The notes: generated by a model not told the origin, from the sequence alone. A stretch of 64,000 nucleotides of DNA from Candidatus Poribacteria bacterium (GCA_965198235.1 OZ240248.1:3392001-3456000), one strand, 5' to 3'; counted from the first letter of the stretch, positions 19,540 to 30,023 are shown. A program made the numbers and translations.

Positions 19540-19545
19540 GCGGAA

Positions 19546-19682
19546 TAGCGATCAGCGGTCAGGTGTTTTTGATAGGGTGTTTCCCCAGGTTGCTACGCAA
19601 CCCTTTCAGCAATCAGTGGAAGAGACGTTCGGTTAACCGAAGACCTCTTTACCAACTGCTGACTGCTGACTGCTGATAGCCA
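19546..19682. repeat. Heptamer tandem/inverted repeat element (CAGCNRT / CTGAYTG)
   Basis: ATAGCGATCAGCGGTCAG..CTGCTGACTGCTGACTGCTGATAGCCAT; similar elements at 46700-46798, 47330-47443, 13210-13240, 50799 and 56242. Confidence 0.75.
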
Positions 19683-20702
19683 TTAAAGGTGATACCCCTC
19701 TTTCATCGTTTGGATGCTGTAGAGGCAATTTTCTGCGGTTATATAGAGCGTCTTGCTTGTTTTGCCACGTCCGAAGGCGACGTTAGTGGGTTTATCAGGG
19801 GTCTTGACATAAGCCAGTTCCTCCCCTTCAGGCGAGTACACGCGAACTCCTGGTCGGGTTTCATCTCGCACCGCTACGAAGAGATTTCCTTCAGCATCAA
19901 CCACCATACCGTCTGGACCGTCTTGTGGGGCGTAGTCAACCAGCACTTTTCGGAAAGTCGCTGTGCCTTCCGGTGAGAGGTCATAGGCGAGTAGTGCCAT
20001 ACGTCCTTTACGCAGTGGTACATCATCAGGAAAACTATCCATCGCACCGTTGTCATGACTGATAACGTAAAGGGTTTGCTGATCAGGGGAAACGGCGACA
20101 CCATTCGGTTTGCCAGCATCCGTAACGACGAGATAAATAGAGCCATCTGGATCGATCCGGTAGACTCCAAAGATGGGTTGTTCAACGGGCTCATGCCCGG
20201 CGTACCGGGGGTCGGTAAAATAGATGCGTCCCTGCTCATCAATTGACAAATCGTTGGGCGAATTAAGGGGGCTTCCGTTATACAGACCCGCAATAATTTC
20301 GCTTTTACCCGTCGTTAGATCTGTCCGAGTAATCCTACGTCCCCCAAAATCCGCGCCTTCCGCGATAACCAAGCGACCCTGTGCATCAAACTTCGTACCA
20401 TTAGACATCCCACTCGGAGAACGGAAAACGGTTGTTTCTCCAGTTTCTGGATTGTGTTTCCAGATATGTCCAGCTTGCATATTCGTCTGATCGGTGAAGG
20501 TGATGTCGCTGAAATAGACCGTCCCGTCCGGCGCGACGGAAACGCCTTCCGTAAAATGTGCCCCGTTGAAGAGTTCCTTAAGTTCGGCATCCGGGGCAAA
20601 GATAGTATCATGGCTTGCAGCGTTTCCAATCAACATAGGTGCTAACGCGAAACCTGCCGCAATAGCAGATATGAGAGATTGTGACATATTTAGATTCGGC
20701 AT
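19683..20702 (-). CDS. SMP-30/gluconolactonase/LRE family protein
   Basis: FTEG, NSPND, KPNGVAVSPD, GPDGMVVDAEGN. Confidence 0.92.
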   Translation of the reverse strand: MPNLNMSQSLISAIAAGFALAPMLIGNAASHDTIFAPDAELKELFNGAHFTEGVSVAPDGTVYFSDITFTDQTNMQAGHIWKHNPETGETTVFRSPSGMSNGTKFDAQGRLVIAEGADFGGRRITRTDLTTGKSEIIAGLYNGSPLNSPNDLSIDEQGRIYFTDPRYAGHEPVEQPIFGVYRIDPDGSIYLVVTDAGKPNGVAVSPDQQTLYVISHDNGAMDSFPDDVPLRKGRMALLAYDLSPEGTATFRKVLVDYAPQDGPDGMVVDAEGNLFVAVRDETRPGVRVYSPEGEELAYVKTPDKPTNVAFGRGKTSKTLYITAENCLYSIQTMKEGYHL

Positions 20703-20886
20703 ATTTACTCTCCTTTGTTGTTAACTGTAAACAACGATCCCCGCGCGTATGCCAAAAAGTATACGTTATTTATGCCCCCTTGTCAACAGAAATTCTGTAA
20801 AAAAAATTGCATTTTAATCTAAGTATCACGTATAATATCCATAGAGTATTAACCATGATATAGTGATATGAAAGGAGACTTTGAAG

Positions 20887-21105
20887 ATGAAATTTAACGC
20901 AGTTTTCAAAAAAGTCCCAGAGGGTTACATCGGATTTGTCGAAGAATTGCCCGGTGCGAATACACAAGGTAAAACGCTTGAGGAAACGAGGGCGAATCTC
21001 CGAGAGGCAATCGAACTGACACTTGAGGCGAATCGCGCACTTGCTGAAGAAGACATCGCCGAGTTACAAGATGTCATTCGTGAGCCTATTTCTGTGCGTT
21101 TATGA
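20887..21105 (+). CDS. hicB: HicB family antitoxin
   Basis: EGYIGFVEELPGANTQGKTLEETRANLREAI; AAGGAG RBS. Confidence 0.88.
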   Translation: MKFNAVFKKVPEGYIGFVEELPGANTQGKTLEETRANLREAIELTLEANRALAEEDIAELQDVIREPISVRL

Positions 21106-21131
21106 AAAGACGCGAGTTCGTTCGCCATCTT
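21102..21131 (+). pseudogene. Truncated HicA toxin start
   Basis: ATGA-coupled MKRREFVRHL, after which similarity is lost and the frame runs into the convergent gene. Confidence 0.6.
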
Positions 21132-21162
21132 GACAGAATCCTACCACACATCAAAAACGGTA

Positions 21163-22179
21163 TTAACCCATTGGATGCGGACCGTGGGTGATCACTCCCT
21201 GACGGGCGTATGCGTAAACGGCATCTTGGATTTCAAGGATACGCACCGCATCTACAACTGTCGGCTCGAAGGTGCCACCGTCTCGGATTGCGTCGAATGC
21301 TTTTCCCATCACACCCTGTGTACGCGCACCGTGAGAGATGTCCTCGCTGAACTGGACCCCTTCGGTTGTATGTACTTCGATCAGAGGTTCACCGTTGCGA
21401 CCGTACTGTTCAAATACGGATGCCTTCGTTCCAATGAATCGAAAGAAATGATCGCCACCGCGTTTACCGGACGGATACGAATAACCGGATTCAATAATCC
21501 CAGTAGTGCCGTCTTCCGTTCGTAGGACACCAATACCACTGTCCTCTACGCCGCGGTTATGCATGGCGTTGGACATAACCCCACCGACGACTGTTATTTC
21601 TCGATTGCCGACAAATTGAAGAAATGTATCGATACCGTGTGCTGCCTCGACTGCCCAACAACCGCCACCCGATATACTCGGAGTGTTATGCCAAGCCGAA
21701 GGGGTCGGATCGTAGCGGGATGGGGGGCCGTTGTTCAACCGGCTGTTGTATAGGACGAGGTCCCCCAAGCTACCGTCAGCGACCATCTCTTTGACGACAC
21801 TCACGATTCGACTCGCACGATTGGGTAGTACAAGCGCGCTGAAGACACCGTGCTTTTCAGATGCCTCAGCGGCTGGACGCAACCGATCGGCACAATCCGC
21901 GAACGGTTTGTCCAAGAGGTAAGGGATACGCCGGTCTACGCATGCCTGCGCATGATCCGGCATCTCAATGTGCTTACCCGCAACGAGAGCCGCGTCCGGT
22001 TTGCTTGCATCAAGACATGCTGCTGCTGTCTCAAATCCGGGACATTGAAAATCGTCTGACAACTGTTGTCGAGGTTCCGCTTCGGCATCCATGACCCCTA
22101 CAATCTCGTGTTCGAGTCCATGCGCCGTGCGTGCCATACTGCGTCCGTGGTGACTATAGGAAAGAACAACCAATTTCAT
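21163..22179 (-). CDS. Gfo/Idh/MocA family oxidoreductase
   Basis: N-terminal Rossmann-like fold, LLDKP (EKP variant), SGGGCWAVEAAHGID. Confidence 0.85.
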   Translation of the reverse strand: MKLVVLSYSHHGRSMARTAHGLEHEIVGVMDAEAEPRQQLSDDFQCPGFETAAACLDASKPDAALVAGKHIEMPDHAQACVDRRIPYLLDKPFADCADRLRPAAEASEKHGVFSALVLPNRASRIVSVVKEMVADGSLGDLVLYNSRLNNGPPSRYDPTPSAWHNTPSISGGGCWAVEAAHGIDTFLQFVGNREITVVGGVMSNAMHNRGVEDSGIGVLRTEDGTTGIIESGYSYPSGKRGGDHFFRFIGTKASVFEQYGRNGEPLIEVHTTEGVQFSEDISHGARTQGVMGKAFDAIRDGGTFEPTVVDAVRILEIQDAVYAYARQGVITHGPHPMG

Positions 22180-22321
22180 TTTTTAATTATTCCTTGCGGT
22201 TCGGTAAGGGGAGTTAGGGATTTCACGTGCCCTTGCGTAGATCTGCCTGCACCGTTGTTGCAGGCTACGGCTCCGTTAAACCCATTTTCAATTATTCCTT
22301 AAAGCAATACATTAAAAACTT

Positions 22322-24271
22322 TCATCTATAAAATGAATACATCGGCATCCCTGTGAAGAGTCGAATCAGCACCCATACGCCACCTACCATGAATTCGCCG
22401 AGAATTAAACCTAAAAAGAGCGGATACGCTTTGCGATAAAGGCGAATTCCACCCACTTTCAGTAAGATTGTTTTGACCCCCCAACTGATGAGTATCGAAA
22501 ACCACAGCCGACCGATCGTCGATCTTTCGCCAGCGACCATATAACCGGCAGGATGGAGGGGCCAGAACGGAAACAGCGTTCGTAACCACCAAAAGAAACC
22601 GGTGAAAAGTGCGCCGATGCCTATAAAAATCACGGCAGGAATATCGGTATCAACGGGGTGGTAGATCCAACTTTGCAAAAGGTTATAACCACCAGTGCCA
22701 AGGTCACTCACAACACCGATTTTGTATCCAACGACGAAATATGCCCAAAACGATGCCAGGATCCCGATCACCGCGGCGAACATCATCGCTACAATTAATC
22801 TGCCGGAGCGCATGCCTGTCTCCTCGGCGAGTTTGAAACCTTCAAGTGTATGCGGCATCGGATGCGCGCGCGAGCCACGATTGAAGGTGAGATAGAGACG
22901 CATCATCGTTAAACTGCCATGCGAAATCAATCGGGTCCCAAAAATATCTGTGAGGATATCGTGAGGCGTTGCATAAGTGCGTATCGTCGGCGGTCCGACT
23001 TCAGCACGGATACGCGCCAGACTCATCGCTAACAGGTAATAGATTAAAAAGTAGAGCCCGATTGTCCAGAGTTCCATCCCACCGTGTCGTGAAAAGGCGA
23101 ACAGGAAAAACAAGCCGCAGACTAACCCAATTGCCGCCCAGCGATAGCGTATCGGTTCTTTGCTGTCGTCGATGTCGCCTGGTGACTTACGCCACCGAAA
23201 AATATACTTGAGAAGCCTAAGAAAGTAGCGGCGTCCGCCCCAAAGTGCGAGACAAGCAAGCACAAGGTAACCCCCCATAACTTGTTGCCAGTCGTAGGGG
23301 AACCCCGGCATAACGTCAAGTCCGAGTGCACTACCCAGTATCCGTTGTGCTTTCCAGAACCAGTAAAAAAACCAAATTGAAAATGACATTTCCAGTGGCA
23401 TCAGATAAGCGAGTCCAACGGCGAACGAACGGATATAAACCGGGGTCCAACCGATCGAATTCCACGGTTTCTGTGTGAAGTATTGACCAATTTCGGCGTG
23501 CCGCACCGGGATTTCAGGAATCTCTGGGAAAAGGACCTGGAGACCATTGATGAGGTTGATACCGCCTGCAATTGAAAACCCAAGCCACATCATCGGTGAT
23601 CGAAAAAGTCGTCCGTCGAGCCTTGTCATTTCCAACGGCAATTGCACAATAGGGTAGGTCAACCGTTCATGCTCGATCCACTGTTTTCGGAGAAAAACAT
23701 CCAAGCAGATCATCACCCAGATGAGGACGGTCAGAAAGATAGTCCACCAGAGAATCGGACGTAACCACCCCCGCAGATGCACCATCCTGTAAATAGTGCT
23801 CTCTCCGTCATAGAACGCCTGCAGGCTTGCCTCATCGTTGGATGTGAGCCATGGCGGGAGATACCGCCAGAACAGTTGTCTCCATTCATTTTCAGGGGTT
23901 GCGAACCAGTAACCGTCGGATATCGTTGGAATAACTGTTTGCATCATGTCGTGTCCCGCGATCGCCGATGAGAGTGATAATATCACGAAGACCGTCAGGA
24001 GTTCACCCTGTCTCAGAGCGAACCGGGGCAGAAACCGATTCAGCAAAAGGTTGAAGGGGATGAGCACCATCAACGTGATAATCACGTTATAGATGAGGGA
24101 CATCGTCGTCGGGAGGGTGCTCCAGAATTTGAGGTGGTTTGCCATGATGAAGTAGGTATTCGCTGGAATCAGTAGCAAACCGAGTATAATGGCACGAAAT
24201 GTTACGCCGGGATGGGAATTTTGATTGGCACAAGCCTTTATAGGCTTGTGGGACAATGTTGCGTTTGCCAT
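22322..24271 (-). CDS. Polytopic membrane protein, DUF6785/DUF6784-type
   Basis: LRKQWIEHERLTYP, RIRAEVG, WPLHPAGY, FLGLILGEF. Confidence 0.75.
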   Translation of the reverse strand: MANATLSHKPIKACANQNSHPGVTFRAIILGLLLIPANTYFIMANHLKFWSTLPTTMSLIYNVIITLMVLIPFNLLLNRFLPRFALRQGELLTVFVILSLSSAIAGHDMMQTVIPTISDGYWFATPENEWRQLFWRYLPPWLTSNDEASLQAFYDGESTIYRMVHLRGWLRPILWWTIFLTVLIWVMICLDVFLRKQWIEHERLTYPIVQLPLEMTRLDGRLFRSPMMWLGFSIAGGINLINGLQVLFPEIPEIPVRHAEIGQYFTQKPWNSIGWTPVYIRSFAVGLAYLMPLEMSFSIWFFYWFWKAQRILGSALGLDVMPGFPYDWQQVMGGYLVLACLALWGGRRYFLRLLKYIFRWRKSPGDIDDSKEPIRYRWAAIGLVCGLFFLFAFSRHGGMELWTIGLYFLIYYLLAMSLARIRAEVGPPTIRTYATPHDILTDIFGTRLISHGSLTMMRLYLTFNRGSRAHPMPHTLEGFKLAEETGMRSGRLIVAMMFAAVIGILASFWAYFVVGYKIGVVSDLGTGGYNLLQSWIYHPVDTDIPAVIFIGIGALFTGFFWWLRTLFPFWPLHPAGYMVAGERSTIGRLWFSILISWGVKTILLKVGGIRLYRKAYPLFLGLILGEFMVGGVWVLIRLFTGMPMYSFYR

Positions 24272-24333
24272 AAATGGACTGGACTTAGGGTTTGTAATGG
24301 AGCAATTTATTATTGATGATTATAGCACAATTC

Positions 24334-26109
24334 CTATTTTACATCTCCCACTTTTTTCAGTTTCCTTCTCGTATGCCAATACGCAAACTGCCGGAGATAG
24401 TAACCGACATTTTTGGGAATTTTCTCAAACTCTGGCACGAACGGACACACCCCACCGAGTACCACTAATTCCACCTTGGCACGCGTCATCGCGACATAGA
24501 AGACGCGACGCTCCTCTGCAAGTTTATTATCACGACGCGGGAAACGCCGCTCCAATGTGTTATGGATGAGAATAACCTTTTCCCATTCCCTACCTTTGGC
24601 TTTATGGATTGTCGTCACCTCAACAGAGTTCGCGTGTTTGGCAAGCATCTCTTGAATCTGGTCGGTTTCGTAGTTCGTGCGCGCCAAAACAGCGGTTTCC
24701 TGAGACGGTTTCAATTCACGGCGTAAGAGGGTTTCTATAGTTTGAGGGGTTGTCTCAACGATTTTTATCTCCTGCTGTAGCGGATTGTGAGCGCGAAGGT
24801 TTTTACGAATTCGTTGCTCGTTTCGCTCAATCAAGGCTCTTGCGTGTTCAACAATCGTTGATGTAGAGCGATAGTTACGCGTGATTTCGTATTTTGTGAC
24901 ATCCCGCTGATCGGTGAATGTTTGCATGATTTCGGAATCGCCACCACGAAATCCGTAAATGGCTTGATCGTCGTCGCCGACAGCAAAGAGGTTCTCTGAT
25001 AAGAGCGAAATCAGTCGGAAGTCGGCTGGTGCAATATCTTGGAATTCATCAACGAGCAGATACGGGTATGTGTCGCGGTAGGTTTGGCGGAGATCCGGAC
25101 ACGTCTCAAGCAAGTTCGCGGCATGGATAATCATATCCTCAAAATCGACAGCGTTTGCCTCGGTTTTGAGCGTTTCGTATTTTACAGCAAACGCTTGCGC
25201 TACGGGATCATCAAGCGTCGTTGGGTCGAACAATCCTGTGGTAACCTGTCGTTTCGCTCGCATGACGGTCTCTTTTATGTCGTTGAAGCGGTCCCGGAGG
25301 TTCTCAAAGTCGGGATCTCTATCGAGGTGTTCTTTGTATGGAATCTCAAAATGCTGGCAGAACATTTCGAGAATGAGTTGGTTGCTATACTGCACACGCA
25401 AGGGATCGGCACGATTAAACACGGCTGCACGCTTTCTGTAGAACGCAATCCAGTGTGCCTCGCGAAGATTCGCCTTTCTCCCTGGAACCCGTTCAAGCAC
25501 CTCAAAACTGAATTGTAACTCACCTTCAGATCGGATTGCTTGTCGAAGTCTATCGTTTGATGAGTGGTCGAAGTGCTCCTTCCGTCGCCGATCTGGGTTT
25601 ATGGTCTGTCCGATGTAACACCTGCCGGTCCTTTTGCTTTCTATTTTATAGATGGCGACTGAGGTGGTGGAGGCTTCCCACTCAATCTGTGTCTGTTCTT
25701 CTGCGATGATTTCGTCTATCTGTCCCGTCCAGATATCAGGCTCTTGATTAAATCCTGCGCGTTCATAGTTTTCAGTGATAATATCTTTACCGAAGGCATG
25801 AAGTGTCCGGATTTCAGGTTTTTTATATGTTTCAATTTTATTATAGGGTTTTGATAATGCGGGTTCGCGCGCTTCGGTCAAGTAAGATTTGGCTTGCAAG
25901 CTGCGCAAAATGCGCGTCTCCATCTCTTCGACTGCTTTTCTATTAAAGGCAATAGCGAGGATCTGTGAGGGTGGGATGTTGTGCGTCTGGATAAGGTTCA
26001 GAATCCGTGCCGTTACGACTGTCGTTTTACCGCTGCCGGGTCCTGCGATGACGATAGCGGGACCTGTAACGTGATTCACGGCTTTTTCTTGGTTTCTATC
26101 AAGTCTCAT
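24334..26109 (-). CDS. UvrD/Rep superfamily 1 helicase with an internal GIY-YIG nuclease domain
   Basis: AGPGSGKT, DEFQD, VGDDDQAIYGFRG, NYRS, TIHKAKGREW, YVAMTRAK; insert AIYKIESKRTGRCYIGQT..R..EH..E..FN. Confidence 0.9.
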   Translation of the reverse strand: MRLDRNQEKAVNHVTGPAIVIAGPGSGKTTVVTARILNLIQTHNIPPSQILAIAFNRKAVEEMETRILRSLQAKSYLTEAREPALSKPYNKIETYKKPEIRTLHAFGKDIITENYERAGFNQEPDIWTGQIDEIIAEEQTQIEWEASTTSVAIYKIESKRTGRCYIGQTINPDRRRKEHFDHSSNDRLRQAIRSEGELQFSFEVLERVPGRKANLREAHWIAFYRKRAAVFNRADPLRVQYSNQLILEMFCQHFEIPYKEHLDRDPDFENLRDRFNDIKETVMRAKRQVTTGLFDPTTLDDPVAQAFAVKYETLKTEANAVDFEDMIIHAANLLETCPDLRQTYRDTYPYLLVDEFQDIAPADFRLISLLSENLFAVGDDDQAIYGFRGGDSEIMQTFTDQRDVTKYEITRNYRSTSTIVEHARALIERNEQRIRKNLRAHNPLQQEIKIVETTPQTIETLLRRELKPSQETAVLARTNYETDQIQEMLAKHANSVEVTTIHKAKGREWEKVILIHNTLERRFPRRDNKLAEERRVFYVAMTRAKVELVVLGGVCPFVPEFEKIPKNVGYYLRQFAYWHTRRKLKKVGDVK

Positions 26110-26119
26110 ATAGTTAAAT

Positions 26120-26554
26120 TCACTTTGGCATGCGCCGTACCCATAACAGCAACGCTACATTCATCGCACCGATAAAGCCGAAAACATAGGATTGAATGCC
26201 TACCAATGTGTCAAGCGACCGGATGAGGATCGTACATAGGATTGGTAGACCGAGTGCCGAGCAGGTGTAAAAGGTCAGAAGTTTCGCACCTTTTGCTTCC
26301 CAGAAGGTTATCTGCCGCCTTAAAACCTGTAGATACGATTGATCCCACAGACGCGATGTCCACTTCCCCTGCATGAAACCCAAACCGATCCCTAAGCCGT
26401 AGCCGAAACTCGACCACCGGAGGTCAATCCGTACATCCTGTGAAACGACAACTATCCAAAGTAGTTGCCCCAACACCGAAAGAACGATGAATGCCCAAAA
26501 AACAGGCAATTTCATATAGAATGGAAGTAGATGTCGCGATAACTTGTTTTGCAT
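26120..26554 (-). CDS. Small hypothetical membrane protein (about 4 TM)
   Basis: 144-aa ORF filling the gap, with four hydrophobic stretches. Confidence 0.7.
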   Translation of the reverse strand: MQNKLSRHLLPFYMKLPVFWAFIVLSVLGQLLWIVVVSQDVRIDLRWSSFGYGLGIGLGFMQGKWTSRLWDQSYLQVLRRQITFWEAKGAKLLTFYTCSALGLPILCTILIRSLDTLVGIQSYVFGFIGAMNVALLLWVRRMPK

Positions 26555-26718
26555 TTTTTAATTTATTGCTCCTGGGCTGCTGCTGCATCGCAGTGAGATT
26601 TTGCTTCGCAGTGAGAATGCAGGTTTCCGGTTAATTCGCGACAGGGTTTGGGGATCGGTCGGTTCTTTAAATTAATGCTTATGGCTCAATGGGGTGTGGT
26701 CAGGCACAAGACTTGTCC

Positions 26719-27504
26719 CTACAAGAGGTTGGCTTTGACGTAATTAACCGCGTTTTTGAAAATCACCAATCCGTCGCCTTCTTCAGAACAGGTCTCTTGG
26801 GTTTTAGCAAGCCGTGTCCAACGTGGATGATTCCATTTTGTCAGGAACCGTTCTGGGTGGGGCATTAATCCGAAAATTTTGCCTGTTGCATCACAGATAC
26901 CCGCAATATTGCTATCGGAACCGTTCGGATTGTTAGGGTATCTACTCTCGGCGTACCGAAACACCACCTGATTGTTTGCTTCTAATTCTGACAGCACATT
27001 TGCTGGTGCAGTAAATCTACCTTCAGCGTGCGCAACGGGGAGATAAACACGCGCTTTGACCCCTTTTGTAAAGACACATGGACTCTCTTGTGTTTCCAGA
27101 TCCACCCACCGACACTCGAATTTCGCTGAGGTATTCATCGCTAACGTCGCGCGCTGCGCCATCTCTGAAGTACCGTTACCGGGCAATAAGCCTGTTCGCA
27201 CAAGCACCTGAAACCCATTGCAGATGCCGATTATTAACTTGTCATCTTCGACAAATTGATTCAGCGCATTCGCCAGTTTGTGTTTCATCTCGACCGCCAA
27301 CAGGATACCCGCCGCAATGTCATCGCCGTAAGAGAATCCACCGGGGATCGCGAGGATTTGATAGTCAGCAAGGTTAACTTTGTCTGATATGAGGTGTTGG
27401 ATATGGACTAACGCTGTCTCTGCACCGACGAGTTGGAACGCCATATCCGTTTCTGCATCGCAGTTAGTACCTGCAGTCCGTAAGATGAGTACCCTTGGTT
27501 TCAT
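26719..27504 (-). CDS. purQ: Phosphoribosylformylglycinamidine synthase I (glutaminase subunit)
   Basis: GTNCD, PGGFSYGD, GICNGFQ, AHAEG, MPHPER. Confidence 0.97.
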   Translation of the reverse strand: MKPRVLILRTAGTNCDAETDMAFQLVGAETALVHIQHLISDKVNLADYQILAIPGGFSYGDDIAAGILLAVEMKHKLANALNQFVEDDKLIIGICNGFQVLVRTGLLPGNGTSEMAQRATLAMNTSAKFECRWVDLETQESPCVFTKGVKARVYLPVAHAEGRFTAPANVLSELEANNQVVFRYAESRYPNNPNGSDSNIAGICDATGKIFGLMPHPERFLTKWNHPRWTRLAKTQETCSEEGDGLVIFKNAVNYVKANLL

Positions 27505-27602
27505 TTTTTTAATTTTCCTTGCGGTTCGGTTAGGATGGATATATCAAGAACATTCCTCTCCATATACCCAGCCCGCCCGTTAGTTGGGCTTACAAACTAT
27601 CG

Positions 27603-30023
27603 TTAATTAAACAGAAGGGGTGCTTGCCATGCAGATTTGAGAATATCAATTGACGCTTCAACTATCGAGTGTCCAGTCTTTCCTTTGATGACGAATTCTG
27701 ATGTGTCTGAAACGGTGCCAAGACAGCCAAGCGGTATTCCCGCCATGTGGTTTTCGTAGGCATGTTGGTGTTGCGGTTCAATCTCCACGAGAAAACGGCT
27801 ATTTGATTCTGAGAATAGGAGGAAGTCGTCAGCGCTGATCTCGTCGCCTGTAGGGATGTCGTCAAGACTCAGAGACATCCCGTACCCACCGGCAAATGAC
27901 ATTTCTGCTGCCGCTACACCGATACCGCCTTCAGAACAGTCATGACACGAGCGCACCAATCCGCTGTTGATGGCAGTACTGAGACGTTCCATTGTCAACT
28001 TGCCTTCACTTGGACGAACGACGGGGGCAGTGTTTCCGACAAAACCGTGGATGTTGAAGTAGTGCGAACCGCCTAATTCAGCGTAAGTGTTGCCGACAAC
28101 ATAAATGAAACTGCCAGGAGTTTTCACGTCCATTGTGACGGCGTGTTGAATGTCGGGCATAACACAGATGGCAGATATGAGGAGTGTTGATGGAATCGCA
28201 CGTTGTTCACCGGTTGTAGTGTCCCGGTATTCGTTGTAGAGGCTATCTTTACCGGAGATGAAAGGTGTGCCGTAAGCGGTTGCGATATCATAACATGCCC
28301 TCGCTGCCCGGACGAGTTCACCGAGTCGGTCGGGTTTGTCCGGATTTCCCCAACAGAAATTGTCCAGTAACGCGGTCTTTTCTAACGTTCCACCAACAGC
28401 GATGATATTCCGTAAAGCCTCATCAATCGCCGCTGCTGCGCTGAGATACGGATCCACGTCGCTATATCTCGGATTGATACCGTTCGCAACGATTACACCT
28501 GTTCGACTGCCTAAGACGGGAGTCGTTACGCATGCGTCGCTCGGTCCGTCGTTTTCCGTACCGACAAGCGGATTGATAACCATACCGCCTTGTACACCGT
28601 GATCGTATTGTCGGATAACCGATTCTTTACTCGCGATATTTGGACTTGCGAGAAGTCGCTCGAGGTCATTCGTGTAGGAGGGGTTTTCAACCCCGATTCC
28701 TCCATCTCGCGATGCCATATCCGGGTGCTTCGGCGGCTCCCAAACCGCCTCTTTCACAGGCATCGGTAGTCCGTTGTGGAGAAACTCCATCTCCAAGTCG
28801 GCAACCATTGTGCCTTCGTAGAAAACCTGTAACCTATGCGTATCTGTGAAAGTCCCGAGGACTGTGGCTTCAACGACTTCTGCCTCGCATATTTCCATGA
28901 GTTCATCCAGATTTTCAGGTGGCACAGCGATGACCATGCGCTCCTGTGCTTCGGAGAGCCAGATTTCCCACGGGGCGAGCCCTTCATATTTCAAAGAGAC
29001 GTGTTCCAGATGAACCTCTGCTCCTATATCTTCTCCCATCTCACCAACGGCAGACGAGAACCCTCCGGCACCGCAATCGGTTATGGAGCGATAAAGATTC
29101 CGATCCCGCGCCTGTAAAAGGGCATCGACAATCTTCTTTTCCATAATCGGGTTGCCGATCTGTACCACACTGCCAAGGCTTTCAGAAGTATCGTCCAATT
29201 CTGCAGAGGAGAAGGTCGCGCCGTGAATTCCATCGCGTCCGGTTTGTCCGCCGATTGCAACTACCAGATCACCGGGTTCAACGGATTTCTCGCATCTGTT
29301 TCTCGGTATTAAACCGACATTTCCACAGAAGACGAGTGGGTTTGCGGTATAGCGGGAGTCAAAAAGGATAGCACCGTTCGCCGTGGGAATACCCATTCGG
29401 TTGCCGTAATCACGCACACCAGCGACGACCCCTTTAAAGACACGTTTCGGGTGAAGGGTACCTTTCGGCAGCTGCGCGTAAGGCGTATCCGGCATCCCGA
29501 AACAGAATACGTCCGTGTTTAAAATCGGCTTTGCACCAAGCCCTGTACCGAGTGAGTCGCGAATTACACCGCCTATCCCAGTTCCGGCACCCCCATACGG
29601 TTCAATCGCTGATGGATGGTTATGTGTTTCGACTTTGAAAACGAGATTGAATTGCTCGTCAAATTCGATGATACCGGCGTTATCTGAAAAGACGGAGACA
29701 CACCACGGTTTCGCTATCTCCTCGGTTGCACGTTGAATGAAGGTTGGAAACAAGCCGTCAATCTGCTCTGGTGCTTTCCCTTCTTCGGAATAGAGGATAG
29801 TACTCTTAAAGGTCTTGTGAACACAATGCTCAGACCAAGTTTGGGCGATGGTCTCTATCTCTACATCGGTGGGATTGCGTCCGAGGGTTCCAAAGTGGGT
29901 CTGAATCGTCTGCATCTCGTTTAGATTCAGAGACAGTGTTCCTTCTCGGCTGATACGCATCAACTCGGTATCATCGGCAGTTAAAATCTCTATTTCTTTT
30001 TTTAAACTATTAAATCTGGTCAT
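27603..30023 (-). CDS. purL: Phosphoribosylformylglycinamidine synthase II
   Basis: WSEHCVHK, KVETHNHPSA, TGRDGIHGATFSS, DCGAGG, SEAQERM, SGKDS. Confidence 0.97.
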   Translation of the reverse strand: MTRFNSLKKEIEILTADDTELMRISREGTLSLNLNEMQTIQTHFGTLGRNPTDVEIETIAQTWSEHCVHKTFKSTILYSEEGKAPEQIDGLFPTFIQRATEEIAKPWCVSVFSDNAGIIEFDEQFNLVFKVETHNHPSAIEPYGGAGTGIGGVIRDSLGTGLGAKPILNTDVFCFGMPDTPYAQLPKGTLHPKRVFKGVVAGVRDYGNRMGIPTANGAILFDSRYTANPLVFCGNVGLIPRNRCEKSVEPGDLVVAIGGQTGRDGIHGATFSSAELDDTSESLGSVVQIGNPIMEKKIVDALLQARDRNLYRSITDCGAGGFSSAVGEMGEDIGAEVHLEHVSLKYEGLAPWEIWLSEAQERMVIAVPPENLDELMEICEAEVVEATVLGTFTDTHRLQVFYEGTMVADLEMEFLHNGLPMPVKEAVWEPPKHPDMASRDGGIGVENPSYTNDLERLLASPNIASKESVIRQYDHGVQGGMVINPLVGTENDGPSDACVTTPVLGSRTGVIVANGINPRYSDVDPYLSAAAAIDEALRNIIAVGGTLEKTALLDNFCWGNPDKPDRLGELVRAARACYDIATAYGTPFISGKDSLYNEYRDTTTGEQRAIPSTLLISAICVMPDIQHAVTMDVKTPGSFIYVVGNTYAELGGSHYFNIHGFVGNTAPVVRPSEGKLTMERLSTAINSGLVRSCHDCSEGGIGVAAAEMSFAGGYGMSLSLDDIPTGDEISADDFLLFSESNSRFLVEIEPQHQHAYENHMAGIPLGCLGTVSDTSEFVIKGKTGHSIVEASIDILKSAWQAPLLFN

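Noticed and set aside
25411-25659. GIY-YIG insert as an intein or group I intron homing endonuclease
   Set aside because: No Cys/Ser..His-Asn splice junctions or intron core are visible; it reads as a continuous in-frame domain.
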